Assembly: GCF_037042905.1 (NCBI RefSeq)
Contig: NC_087245.1
Location: forward strand, 35,714,001 to 35,774,000
DNA from: Lytechinus pictus
Lineage: Eukaryota
DNA length: 60,000 nucleotides
Direction of reading: 5' to 3'
Part shown: positions 24,480 to 38,000 of the stretch, one piece after another
Layout: each line of letters opens with the position of its first letter
How positions within the stretch are numbered: position 1 is the stretch's first letter
Notes under the pieces: generated by a model
Seen by the model: only the letters and a program-made list of their open reading frames with translations
What the model was told of the DNA's origin: nothing
Databases searched by the model: none
Made by a program: the position numbers and the translations under genes

Positions 24480-24743
24480 AAATAATATAATAATATAGGA
24501 TTTGTATAGCGCACGTATCCACCTTGCTAGGTGCTCAAGGCGCTCCTATATTACCCCGGCTAAGCTAGTCTACCGATTCTGGTGCGCACAGCTTTTTGAG
24601 GAATCACTTCCTGCCGGTACCCATTTACCTCACCTGGGTCGAGTGCAGCACAATGTGGATAAATTTCTTGCCGAAGGAAATTATGCCATGGCTGGGATTC
24701 GAACCCACATCTCTCTGTTTCAAAGTCTGGAGACTAATCCACA
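24480..24743 (-). mobile_element. tRNA-derived SINE, same family as 3532-3818
   Basis: Colinear similarity, B box ggttcgaatccc on the minus strand. Confidence 0.85.
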
Positions 24744-25041
24744 ACTCCTTTTTTATAAGGGCTTTATTGTACAAATAAAATTAATTTAGTTTTTAAGATG
24801 TGCAATGGGTTCATTAAAAAATAGTCAATGAGCCTCAATGAGCCTCTTTGAATATAGTACCTAATTCTAACACTTCGTTTAATCTTTTTACCTTTCAAAA
24901 AGACGAAAACATACACTTGAATCATTTATACTATGAAAGAATATTTCAAATAAATATTAGTTGTTTTTATGTTCTTGTCTATTTTTATGTTCTTGTCTTC
25001 TTGCTTTTTCAAGACCAACAATGTGATTCATATTAACTTAA

Positions 25042-25634
25042 AGGTCAAGTCTACCCCAGATAAATGTTAATTTTAATCAATAGAGAAAAATCAAACAAGA
25101 ATATCGTTGAAAATTTCAGATGTAAAATAAGAAAGTTATAACATTTTAAAGTTTTGCTTATTTTTCACAAAACAGTTATATGCACAACTCGGCAACATGC
25201 ACATGAGAGAGTCGGCGATGTCATCCACTCACTATTTCTTTTGTTTTTTATTTTTTTAATTAAACAATATTTCAATTTTTACAGATTTGACAATAAGGAC
25301 CAGTTTTACTGAACCATAAAATGTTAGAACAATTGTAATTCCCCATGTTCATGGAGGAAAAAATTTATTTCACCTTCCAATGAGGAGAAAATTAAGATAT
25401 TTCATACTTCATATAATAGAATACAAAAGAAATAGTGAGTGAGTGACGTCATCATTCCCCTCATTTGCTTACCGACCAGGATGTGCATATAACTGTTTTG
25501 TGAAATTTAGCAAAACTTTAAAATGTCATAACTTTCCTATTTTACATCCGATTTTGATGAAATTTTCAGTGTTATGCTTCTTGGATTTTTCTCTATTTGT
25601 TCAAATCAACTTGTTGTTGGGGTGGACTTGTCCT
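25042..25634. mobile_element. TTAA-flanked (Kolobok-like) MITE
   Basis: TTAA|aggtcaagtctacccc ... ggggtggacttgtcct|TTAA. A second copy lies at 54605-55189. Confidence 0.85.
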
Positions 25635-25777
25635 TTAAAGAGGAATGTAAGAAGCACAAATAAACTCTATGCACTTTAGAAAACCTTAAAGTGTGCAAGT
25701 TAATTTTATGGAAAAACTGACGAGGAATGAGTATGAAATGATTTTCAAACTCAGATCGATGGTCATAAAGAGATCTG

Positions 25778-25907
25778 GGGGCCCGTAACACAAAGCTTAG
25801 ATATGATCGTAGAACATTTTTCTACGACTGATTGCATTGACTACAAATTACAATCAATCGTGAACATCAAGCGTATGATTAATCACTAACCTTTGTGTTC
25901 CGGGACC
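25778..25907. mobile_element. Harbinger-type MITE
   Basis: CTG flanks, TIR gggcccgtaacacaaag. A partial inverted copy lies at ~7455-7573. Confidence 0.7.
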
Positions 25908-26081
25908 CTGAAGTTAATTTTTAAAATATATTTTAGGTGATATCCCTAATTCATTTTCCTCAATCTATTTTTTGCAAAGTGATGAGAAATTAATTTTCTT
26001 TCTTAAAAGTTGTGATTATTTAATGACTTCATCAAAGAGCCCAGAATAATCAAAATGATGATTATATCTGCTTATATATTT

Positions 26082-26682
26082 ATTATTATTATTATTATTA
26101 TTTATATTCTGCGCTCATCCCAGAATGGCCCAAAGCGCTTACAACAAGAAAAATAAATTGTTACAACTATAAAATTGAAACCTTACAATCCTAAAAATCT
26201 GGATTGGAAAAAAAAAATGTTTTAAGTCCCTTTTTAAATGAAGCAACAGATGGTGATTGTCTAAGAGTAAAAGGTAAGCGATTCCAAGATTTTGAAGCGG
26301 TTATGATAAAAGTCCTATCTCCAGCCAGTTTCTTAGTGATTTTATATGTGAGACGGTATGGGTCACTGGAGGCTCGTACATTCCTGCGAGGGGTGAATAG
26401 GGTCAAACAATCACGCAAATATAAAGGTGCCTGCTTATTAAGAGACTTAAAAACCAACAAAAGTAACTTAAAAACTATATGATGTCGTATGGGAAGCCAG
26501 TGTAACGTTTCAAGGAGTGGTTTAGAGAATTGAAATCTTGTTACTTGATAAATTATTCGGGCTGCCCAATTTTGAAACCTTTGAATGCGATCTACTTGAG
26601 TAATGGGGATGTTAGAGAGAAGACCATTGCAGTAATCTAAACGGGACAGAACTAGAGAACGAATTGCATTGTATTGCAACAC
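26082..26682 (-). mobile_element. 5'-truncated L2/CR1-clade LINE (ORF2 C-terminus, 3' UTR and (AAT)n tail)
   Basis: ORF 26682-26191 has the motifs LVLSRLDYCN, QNWAARII, LHWLPI, FKLLLLVFK and AP.YL typical of the L2-clade ORF2 C-terminus. Confidence 0.9.
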
Positions 26683-27037
26683 TCATTTGCAACACTTAAT
26701 CTGATTTCTCTTAGTTTATTTATGGTGTAACATCATTACCCTTAATTTCAGAAGCAGCTGAATCACTAAGCATTCAATAAGTATCATTTTCAATGAAAAT
26801 GAAAGTATATATTTGAATATGAAAAGAATTGATGTTGTTTGTAAAATCCTCATATGTATATCCCATGCCTTCTGGCTGCCTTCTGGCATAAAACTTCTAG
26901 AACATTACTTCCGTTGCGGGCCATATACATGTGTGAGTTTTGTTCTGTATTGTAATCACATTCTTTACTGTATTCTAATTGCAATATGGTATATGATTGG
27001 TCTGCAAAGTTGATTCACTGTTGTTATATTCTCTTAA

Positions 27038-28413
27038 AGTTGAATTAAGAAGGGGGTGAGTTTCCATAAATATAGGTTCTACATACAATATATAGTATAT
27101 ATAAGTTGTTCAAACAGATAGCATGTCACAAAAATCCTCTGCCTTCTCGATATTTTGCTTTGAAAGTCTATGAAATTAGCCACCTGTCAGAGCCCGAGAG
27201 ACGAGTGTACAGAAAAGTCACTCGGAGTGTGACGTCACCGGGGGGAATTTAGTATAAGAGGTGCCTGAATGTCATACAGAAATGCTATGCAGAGAGAGAA
27301 AGATATTTTACAATTTTTTTTCAAAGCAACTCAAATCAAACAAATATGACTGATATGTACAAATCTTTACTTTCCCTGTATAAAAAACAGTATGAATAAC
27401 CACCATGAACTCTTCAATCATGATGTAAGATAGCAAACAGTGAGTTATTGAATGATATTTTCATTATTTCTCATTTATTTTATCACGATGTTCAATCAAG
27501 TGAGTAGCTGGAAAGTAATTCCGGCGGCGAGCTCAGCGCGCGCTGAACGCATACTAGTACACACAACACCCAGCTAGGCATTGAGTGTACTGTTATGGTC
27601 TGGTATGTCGACTTAGTTCTTGGCCGTGCAGCGATCCCCTGGCGTTTTTTCTTCTTTTCTTTTGTCTTTGACTCCACTTTTATATCCTCTGGATCATTTC
27701 CACTCATAGCTCATTCCACAGAACAATCTTGAACCAAACGTATAGTATTCTTTCTCGGCCTTCTGAGTTGTTTTCTATATTTAATTACGCTAGGGGTCAC
27801 CGTCACACATACAAACGCAATTCGCAAGTGAGTTGAAGACAGCCGGAGCGGGCGGCCGGTCGGCACAAAGCAATTCCGCAACCAACTGTGTTTTTTTGCA
27901 AGAGCCGCGTCACACGCGGATAAATATGTCATAATAACACGTCTGCTACGTTATCGACTGGTGAGAAGATCTCGATCAAATTTCATATTATTCACCTTGA
28001 AATTATTCCTTTAGGGTCTATGGTATCATTCTGAGGGAATTCACATATTTGGAATAATAGTACGGCCACAAATATTTTAATCATTTCCTCTTTGCAAGTT
28101 CTATGGCTCGCAGATACAACTTCAACTGCAGTTATTCCATATGAAGGAGTACGTGCATAGTACACAAAACGGCACTGCTTTGTTTACTACACCGGGACCG
28201 AATACCCCCCGGTGACGTCACACTCAAAGAACACCCGTCTCAGTAGGCATTGCAGGAGCGAACTCAGGGAAAATGGGTAGGGATAAATCGTTCAAATTCA
28301 CTATTTTGAAAAAAGAAAATGGGGGGTCGAATCACCTATTAGTGTTTGGGGGGTTGTAAGGTTGCTATTAATGTAAATATCTCAATATTTGGAATCGTCT
28401 TCTTAATTCAACT
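27038..28413. mobile_element. 1.38-kb TTAA-flanked (Kolobok-like) non-autonomous transposon
   Basis: TTAA|agttgaattaagaag ... cttcttaattcaact|TTAA, plus an internal inverted repeat at 27225-27245/28205-28225. Confidence 0.82.
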
Positions 28414-31400
28414 TTAAATATATATTTTTTCTTCATTTGTATGCTTATTGCAACAGTAAGGTGATTGGGTATGTTATTTAAATGGGCTAAGGTTTTGTTT
28501 CATGGAAAGATGACATTTTAAATTACATATTTATTCACACAACAGTAGTAATGCTGTAGTTGAAATTAAAATCTTCAAGGGAATGAGATGTACATTATAT
28601 ACATCCTCCCTGGAATGTTACAATTGAACCAGAATAATTATTTGGAAAAATAAAAAGTTCCAAATTGCTATGTAAAAAATTGTAGCATTGTGTTCTTCAT
28701 GATTTCACACACACAGAATGCTACCCCCCCCCCCCTTTCAAATTATGGGATCTATTCTGTGATCATGCAGGTATTTAGAAAGGGATCATATGTAACCATT
28801 ACATTTTGGCTGGGTATACAGATTGTAAACTTTCAATATTAAAAAGATATTTCTATATATTGAGTGTACAAATGTTTATTATCTGTTACACATTTCATTT
28901 GGCAAAGCAAGACTCGTGAATTAATTGATGTATCCACATGAACTGAGTCACTGTAAATAAAAGAAAACGTAGGTATATATATATAAATACAGTGTGTCTA
29001 GGAATTATACATTAACAGCAATGCAAAATGAGTGGATGAATTATGCTAATAGTAAAAAACTACTTAGCTGGCTGCCATTAAATCTAATGAATTGTATATC
29101 TTATGAAAGAAAAGTAGCCTTTGATTTCCACCTAGTTGAAAATTATGATCGGTCATGCATGAATGATTGTAACTCATTATAGGGATACTCTTGACTGAAT
29201 AAAAAAATGAAGTAAATCAGACTAAAAAATACTGAAAATTTCATGAAAATCGGGCAGAGAGTAACTAAATATGACATTTTAAATTTTTGCATTATTTCAA
29301 TGAAACAGTTCTGGGCCCCCGTCTTATAAATAGTTATGATTGATCCGATCAATCGCAACTATGGACGGCCAGCAGCATCAACATGTATTATGCATGTTTG
29401 TTCAAAATATTTTCTAACTATGATGTAATTGTATAAAATTCATGCATTCATTGTCCTCTTGAAAATTCACTGTGCTTTGTTTACAAAGGACATTGTGCCA
29501 ATTTCCTTTAAAAAAAATCATGACGGGGCCCTGTGCATGTCTTTATGAATATGCCAATGAGCAACCTGGTCCCCATCTTACAAAGAGTTATGATTGATCC
29601 AATCAAACACAACTATGGAAAGCCAGCAATGTCATCATCTAAAAAAAAGCATGTTGATTCCACATTTTTTTCTGGTATGTTGTATATTCATACATTCATA
29701 GTTTTCTTGTAAAATAGTAAAGTGGGTACAAAATGCAGGGGCCAGCTATAATAAGCAGGTAACTGCTTGGAACAATAGCAGCCATGAGGAGGGCTACATG
29801 GGAACCGTAATATGTTATAAATATAATTAGATAAAATGATGTCACGAAATAGAAAGTATGAAAGTTTATATATTTAGTGGGGAGAGGTAAGATAAAGTTT
29901 TTTAAAGTGCGAGTGAGTGCTAGTGGGTGAGTGCAGGTGATACATTTAAGAATACTTAGAAATAAGAAAATCTTGAAAATTTAGCGTGATCCTCTGTTTA
30001 CACAGGACATTGTGCAAATTTTCAGGGAGAAAAATTATGACATTGATGGATTTCCATATACTATTAGTTCAGGTTGATTGGATCAATCGTAACTCTTTGT
30101 AAGAGCATGATGCATATTTTCAGACATTTTTTAGTTTGTTTCCAGCCCCAATCGCAATAGCAGGTAAGTCTATCTGATCCAACTGACATCCACTGATCTT
30201 CTTCCCCATATCAGAGCCAATTATATGGGATGTTGTGACAGGTTACCATTCTTAGATAACGCTTTCCCCATTCCACCTACAACAAACGGGTCTTTCAGCA
30301 ATCCTAATTTACATTGTACACTTCATAAATCACAAATAACTGATCAACAAGTACATTAATAATAAGATTTTATTCATATACAATATATACAGTGTTTCCA
30401 CAATCACTAGAATATATTCATGCAAATTAATATCATTACAAACATGTCACATGTCTTTTTTATATTATAATATACACGGGCATAGCAAATGAAGGATAGT
30501 TGTGGATGCACATGTTACTTCTCCCAATTCTAGTCATATGATTTCAACAACAAAATATGTATGAAAAGGAATAGATCTTCGAAGAATCATGTGCTATTTG
30601 GATTATTTTCTGAAAAGCTTGGAGGTAGCTGCCTCCATCATTATTTTTTTTTAAGTGTGCCCCTCCATACCACCCTCATTGACTTTCCATACTCTGCCAC
30701 TGACTGGACGATACCAATATATATATCTTAACATATATACTTTACAAGTGTTCAATAAAATTCAATGTTTCACTTTCAATAGATTGGTACAAATAAAGTA
30801 TTTTGTAGAAAGTTACCTATAAATATATTTACAAACATTTTTTTATGTAGACTTTTACATACAGACTTTTCCATACATATTAATGAAATGAACCAATTAA
30901 ATGAAAAACTATTTTCCATTGATGTTTAAATTATATTATCTGTTTATATGTTTGATTTTTTTGTATAAAGTGTAATTCACTAATCCCACCCCCTCTTAAG
31001 ACAAATAAGATTCATGTCAGTTTTTCTTTAGAAAAATGAAAATAGTGAAATTGATATAGACCAGATGAATATGCTTGTAGGCGGGTGAGATAAAAATGTA
31101 ACTTCTAAAGATTTTCATGGCGAAGGATAAGAGGATAGTGGTTTCACGGAACACCCTGTATTCTTTAGTGGGCATTCACTTTACATGGTGTACCATGAAA
31201 CCACTACACTCTAAGATAACAACGTTGTGTTTAATTTATTCAGAAAGAGAAACAAAAAATGGGATTTCATCCCTCATATATAAGAACTCTTTAAGAAAAA
31301 CAAAGAACCATAAAGCATTAACTTTGAAAGAAGCATAACAATGGGAGGTGGGAGAGAAAAAGAAAATTTGAAGAAATATTGCTAGAAATGGAAGGCACTG

Positions 31401-31955
31401 TAAATTTGGCCAAGAGTGAGACTGAAAAAAATATTACCAATAAAAATTGCTTACATTCCGAGTGTACAAAGTCATTTGAAAAGAAATCATGTTAACATCA
31501 GTTTTCTTGCATGGATAACAGGAACTCTTCCCTTGACGGTGCAATATCATAATAAAATAAAAGTTACAAAAACATTGTCCCAGAAAGCATACGATAATGT
31601 CACACATGTAAATAAGATAATTTACTTGTTGTATTTAGTAACAACATGCCATGTTTCACATTCGGAACTTCTTTTTCTGCGTCAAACAATTGTTTTCACA
31701 AATCCCAAAAGAAATTCAGCATCTACATGATGTCGTATGAACCCGAATCTGTCTAGTTTAAGATAGAAGAGTCAAGGTATCGTTCCAATTAATGTAAGAT
31801 CTCTGAGTTCTTAAAGCCTGTGTCCCTTCAAACTGTTCTTCTAAAGGTATGCAGTAACTGCATGAAATCAATAAACTCTTGGTGCTGTAAAAAAGGTCAC
31901 AGGCACTCTGTGTCTTGTCTTCTAATTGGTTGAAAACTTGTGGTTGGGTTGAAAT

Positions 31956-32069
31956 CTATTTATATCGGGCCTTCTCATTGGCCAGAGCCAGTCTTCTGAT
32001 ATTTCCAATGCAGCCTGCAGCAGCCTCTTGTAAAGCAGGTACCTCCGAGCCCACCATGAAGACCAGGAG
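31956..32069 (-). CDS. ARMC4: ARMC4 last coding exon ([37 protein letters not shown])
   Basis: tctag acceptor, TAG stop at 31958-31956. Confidence 0.95.
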   Translation of the reverse strand, partial: LLVFMVGSEVPALQEAAAGCIGNIRRLALANEKARYK

Positions 32070-35000
32070 CTAGAGTGGGGGTGAAAAGGAAGAAAAGAAA
32101 TGAAAATAATAAAATATAGAGAATACATTATCTCACTTCGCATTTCATTTTTGTCATTGCAGTGTGTGCTACGATATAGTTGGTAACACAACCTCATGGA
32201 GGGAGTAATTCTTTTATTGCCACATTGCTGCACAATCAACATGCATGTAAAATGATACGTATGTGCAACACCAAAAACGAAAATCAAGGGCTCTGGCACG
32301 GCACTTTGGTCTTAAAAAGGGGGTCTCCAGAACTGCTCTAGTATCAACGATTGCTAAAAATGCAATGCTCTGGAACGGCATAAATTATATGTTTTGGAGC
32401 ATTTGCATAAATATGCAAGAAAATTGATGATGACGTTTCTGCACTATGAACTAATCAGCGGCCCTGTGCAAAGTTTCGGCTCTCGTTGAACGCAGTCAAT
32501 GGCAATTTGCCACTGTGCTGCACTGAGTATGACCGGGCATTGGAACGAGAAATCACAAATTTTGAGGGTCTCCGGAATGGGGGAAAAAAATTGAAATTTC
32601 TATGGCTTTCTAGTTTGGCTATGCTCTGGAACGTAAATTTAGGCTGAAAATGGGGGTCCCGACTTTCTTACCCCCAACCCCCCCCCCTAGGTGGCCATAG
32701 CACAAGCAGTTTCATCAGCTGCTTACCTTGACAACACCACTCTCGTGCATTGTAATGCAGTTGTTTGGATCTCGGGAGAGTTGGTAGAGGGCTTCTGCCG
32801 TAGCGCAATGGACGGAAGCATCGGGCGACTTCAGGTAGTTGACCAGTGGGGCCACGGCTTCATTCTGACCAAAGGCCACCCTGTTGTTGCCCCACATACA
32901 GCATCTGGCGATGGCATCGGCTAAATGTCTCCTTAGTTTATCATCCGTCTGTACGGAAGTGAAAAATTACATAGTTAAAAACTCTCTTCTTCATTTCATA
33001 CAATTCCATCATGAAGATATCATTTCATGTAACAGAATGTTTGGTTCATTATGAACGTCTCTTATAACAAAAGATCTGCATATATTAATGAATACTAGTA
33101 TATAATGTGCATTCAACTTATAGGAAAAGGCATTTCAAAAATTAGTCATCATGTTGACAATATTTCATTTAAAAAGCAGCACACAGAACAAAGATGTCTT
33201 GAGTATTATTTTGTAAATTTAATTATTTACAAAAGCATACATTCAAATATTAATTGCAAATGTAAGTAGTATCAATGTGAACCATTTTTTTTTACTTGTA
33301 TGAAACATTTCTGCATTTCATGTAAAGTGCACTGAAATGTGTTACATCATTACAGTAACATATTGTGTGATATTCATTTCTCCACATGTCTATAACAGAA
33401 AAAGTTTGAAATGATGAAAATACTGACTTTGAATCAAATACTTCTTTCCATCCCTAAAAATTCTTCAATTTCTTTTTTTTTTTCAGGTTGCTACCCTTGG
33501 CTTATAAGACCTAAGAAAGCACCATTGGTTCATAAGACCCAAGAAAGCAAAGAGATGGACTACTCACGGTTGAGGCTAGTCTGGCTAGCATGGGCACAAC
33601 TCCGTGGTCTGTGATTACCGCCAAGTTTTCTTCATCCTTGGCAATGTTTGCTATGGCTGCACACACGCTTGCCAGTACCTCTTTGTCTTCTGATTTGAGG
33701 AGGCTTACGATGAGCTCCAACCCACCAACAAAAGACCTTACCATTTCACCAGCATCCTATTAAAGGAAAAGTAAAAAATAAATCGGTAAATAATACAACA
33801 TGGTTTGCCATTAGGAAGAAGTAAAAATAAAAAGATAAATAATAAAATATGGCTTTTATACATAAAAATATAAAGATTTCATACTATTTGATGGGATAAG
33901 AAACAAGAAATTGCATGAAGAGGTGGGTGACACGACATTTATAAAAAGTGGGAGAAGCAATTAATTGACCCATTTGGTAAAATGAATTCTTTAAAGCTTA
34001 ATTTGATCAGCTTTTAGTTATCAAATTTGCAATGATAGTATTTTCCTTTCATTACTTCCTAACATTAAGAATTGGGCCAATGATACATTGACTTCAATGG
34101 GGCTAATTATGTATTCATGAGGTCATATCTAAGGCCCCCAGGGACAGATTCCCACCAAATATGATTTGTGGAGGTATTTCATCCTGCTCAACCGAAATAT
34201 GGTATCGAAAATGCTGAAATGCTAAAAAAAGTTTTTTGTTATGTCATAACTATGGTACTCTATTGTCGCTGTCCCTAAAGTGGGTTAAATGCTAGCTTAC
34301 CTTGGCATTTTCAATGCAGGGACAGATGGCCCAGGCTGCACTGGCTTGAACCTCAGGATTCTGGTTCTTCAGAAGAGACCAAAGCAACCGCACTCCATCC
34401 AACCGATCAATAATACTATGGCAAGAGAAGGATAGATCAAATAATAAATGAAAAAATCCCTTTTTACTGGATTCATCAATGACTTTATTGTCATCATTAT
34501 CATCACCATTTTGTCATATTGTCTTCATCTTAATTATAATTTTTATATTACATTGCAGATATCATTACAATCTACATAAACTGTAATTATAATCTCTGCC
34601 ATGGTCATCATTTTATTGTTATCTTCTTCTTAGTCATCACCATCATCTTTGTCATCATGTTCATCATCAAAAACAAAAACATCTTCATAAGTTGAAGACA
34701 TGACCAAAATCATGAGCCTAACTCGTCATCTACTAATGCAATGCATGCATGTTGAGTATTCTACAGCTGGCAGGAAGACTTCAAAACTGGGGTTTGCATC
34801 GGGCACGCTTCTTGTCAGCTGCAAGGTATAACTTCACCCTTCTGCTGGTTGGGCAACAAAGTTAAGAACTACTTTTATATAAATTGAAGTTTTGATTTGA
34901 AGTGAATAACATCAGAGGACGGATGCTTACCCCATGTTATCAGCTTCTGTGGCACATGCTCCTACAGCCTTAGTCACGTTGACAAGAAGGGCTTGGTTGG

Positions 35001-38000
35001 TACCCGTCAGGAGGTTGACTAAGGATGGGATACCTCCTGCTTTGCGAATCAGCTGCCTGTTGGAAGGTTCCTGGGCTGCACATTCTCCTAGGGCTCCAAC
35101 AACATTGACAAGTACCTATTTGCAACAGGAGGATGACAATAGTAATGTAAAATCATATGTTTCTCTTACATCAGATATCCCAAGTGGTAAAAAGATGTTA
35201 GACTCCAGCTTGGTCGAAGTCTACAATTATGTACTTCACCAATGATAACCAAGCATGCTCTTTTTAATAAAATGTGACATTTCAAGTATCACTTTAAATG
35301 ATATCTATTGTCTTCATTTATCAAAATCAATATTAATCAACTGCAATCCCTTGTAAGACAGGAACCTACGAAGCATGTCACAAAATGACTTGCCAGTAAT
35401 TTTCACAGCAGAATGCCATGATAGATATTTGGCTCCTTGCGTCTGATTGGTCGAGAGTAGGTTTGTCAGTAAAAACTCACAAATTATTCTTCTCTCCACA
35501 TCTCTTTTTTCTCTGTATACACATGTTCATACTATTTCATATTGCAATATTTGATTAATACTCACCTCCTCTGGTTGGTCGTTCAGCAGAGCAACAAGCC
35601 TTTCAATAGCCTTCAATTCCTGGAAGCGCATCACATTCTCCGGGCTCATGGCACACTTCCAGATGGCACCGGTGGCTGCAGCAAGCAGTTCCTTGTTGTC
35701 TGAATTGTCCAGGAGAGAGACCATAGGATCCAGACCGCCGTAGGTCCTGACCAGGTCCCGGGTCTCCTTCTCTTCCGCACATTTGAAGATGGCGCTGGCG
35801 CAGTGCATCTGCAGCTCCTGGTTCTCGCTGTTGAGATTCTTGACCAGGTCTTCGATCATGCCCTCGGTCCTGATGGCAAGTCGGTAGCTATGCTGTAAAT
35901 GATGAAAGAAAAAAAAAGCAAAAGAGCTAGAAGTGATCACTGGAAAACAGAGCATAAAAGTGAATTGGGTAAAGAAATTACCATAGCAAGTGGCATGATA
36001 GAATGTGGATTTTGCATAGAGACAATTAATAACAAATTATATAATACCATTTAGTTCTTGGAAATGCATCATACCATCTAAATAACAGGGTGGAAAGGTG
36101 AAGTTTTAATTGCAACCTAGCTTATACAGAAACATTTATAAACAGATTCAAATCTGTGAAAATATGTAACTAAAGTTATATCAGATTGTTCCTTTTGTAC
36201 ATAAGTAACAATATTTTAAATGTTTAGTGGTGCATGCGATCACTATTTCCCCATTCTTATGTTATGAAACTTCATAAACAGTTCAGTCCACATATCAAGA
36301 CCATTACAACTCTTTCATATCAATTACAAAACAAGAAGAGACCATTTAAGGTAAGAAAAGCAACAAATAGCGGCTAGACATATATACTTGACGGATTGTC
36401 CTTTGAAGTAACAGGCGCATGTAAAAGCTGAGACATACCTCGGAAGCACATTCCTGGAGGGTACCAACGACGGGTATCAGCATGTTCTCATGCGGCGACT
36501 TCAGAAGACGGGCCAAGAGAGGAATGCCACCGGCCTTCCGGATGGCTTGCTTATTCTTGGTACTCTTGCTGCAGCTCCAAAGGGCAAGCGCCCCACAGCG
36601 GGCAACGCTGATGTCCTTCTCCATTTCAGCAGAGACAGACCCAGAACTAAGTGGTGCACAGTCAAGGAGTGCAACCTTCACAAAAAGAACAATTTATTGA
36701 ATATCTGTGTTAGCTCCATGATTGAATGGCCATTTTCAATATCAGTTTGCTGATTGGGGCAATCATTCCAGTACTACACTGCAAAAGCTCTGGTGTTGTT
36801 TTAACACCAGCCGGAATCTATACATGTCCACACCAGGGAAGTGTTACACAACACCAGTTTTGTTTTGGTCTAACACCAGATAGGTGTTTATACAACACCA
36901 ATTAGTATCAAAACAGCATCGGTTTGATTCCAAACTGGTGTTGTTTCAGTACTTCTCTGGTGTGGACATATATAGATTCTGGGCTGGTGTTAAATCAACA
37001 CAGAGTTTTTGCAGTGTATAATTCAAACACAAATCAAGATGCGTTAATAATCACAAAGAAGGATCAATCAGAATCCAACACGACCATCCTAATATTACAT
37101 TCGCTTTTCAGCCCAGTTTTGCCGACCTTACACTACATGTGTACGTATGAACTTACTAGATCTTGGCCCGTTGCATAAGAGTAAGTATTATGGTAACTTT
37201 GCCATTAAATATTAACTACCATGGTAACAGTTCTCGTCAGCCAATCAAAATTAAGGACTCAATGAAAGTTACAATTGGATGGCAAAGTTACCATTATAGT
37301 AACTTTTAAGCAATGCTGCCCTGATCTATAACTGGTAACAGTAAATCTTGATTTTACAGACCTCTCAAAATTATTACCGGTAGTCACAGCGACTATTCAT
37401 TTTGGGCTTTAATATTCAAACTTTTAATTGTACTGCAAAATGAAGAGACTCATGTGATCAACTCATCACAGGTTGATAAAACATTGATGAACAGAGGTCC
37501 CAAACGCATGCTTCTGTTTGGTTTAATATCAGATTTTAGGAGATGTTTGATTGCAACTCTTATTGTTGAGCTCCACCGGTACATACCAGCTTTCTGATGC
37601 CTCCATGCTGTCTGACCGTCCTACGGGCTCTCCTAAACTTGGCCACGTGGGCAGTGGTCTCCGCTGCTAGGCACTTGAGCTCCTTGTCATGTGATTTCAG
37701 GATTTTCACCATGGTCTGAAGTCCGCCCAGGTCAGCGATTGCCCGACGGATCTGGGTATTTTGAGAGATCTCCTTCAAGATCTTGAGTGCACCAATCTGT
37801 AATGACAGGAAAAAAGTATTAAGAATGTGCAATGAACCTGAATATCCACGGTCAACAATTAATTATAAACTTGCTGGGAAGATATAATCAATGTTGGTAG
37901 AGTTGGGATAGCCAGCATTCAGGTTGCTGTAGAAAGCACTGCTAAATAAGAACTTGTCATATTCAAAAGTATACTAGCCAAACTACATGTATCTAAATAC

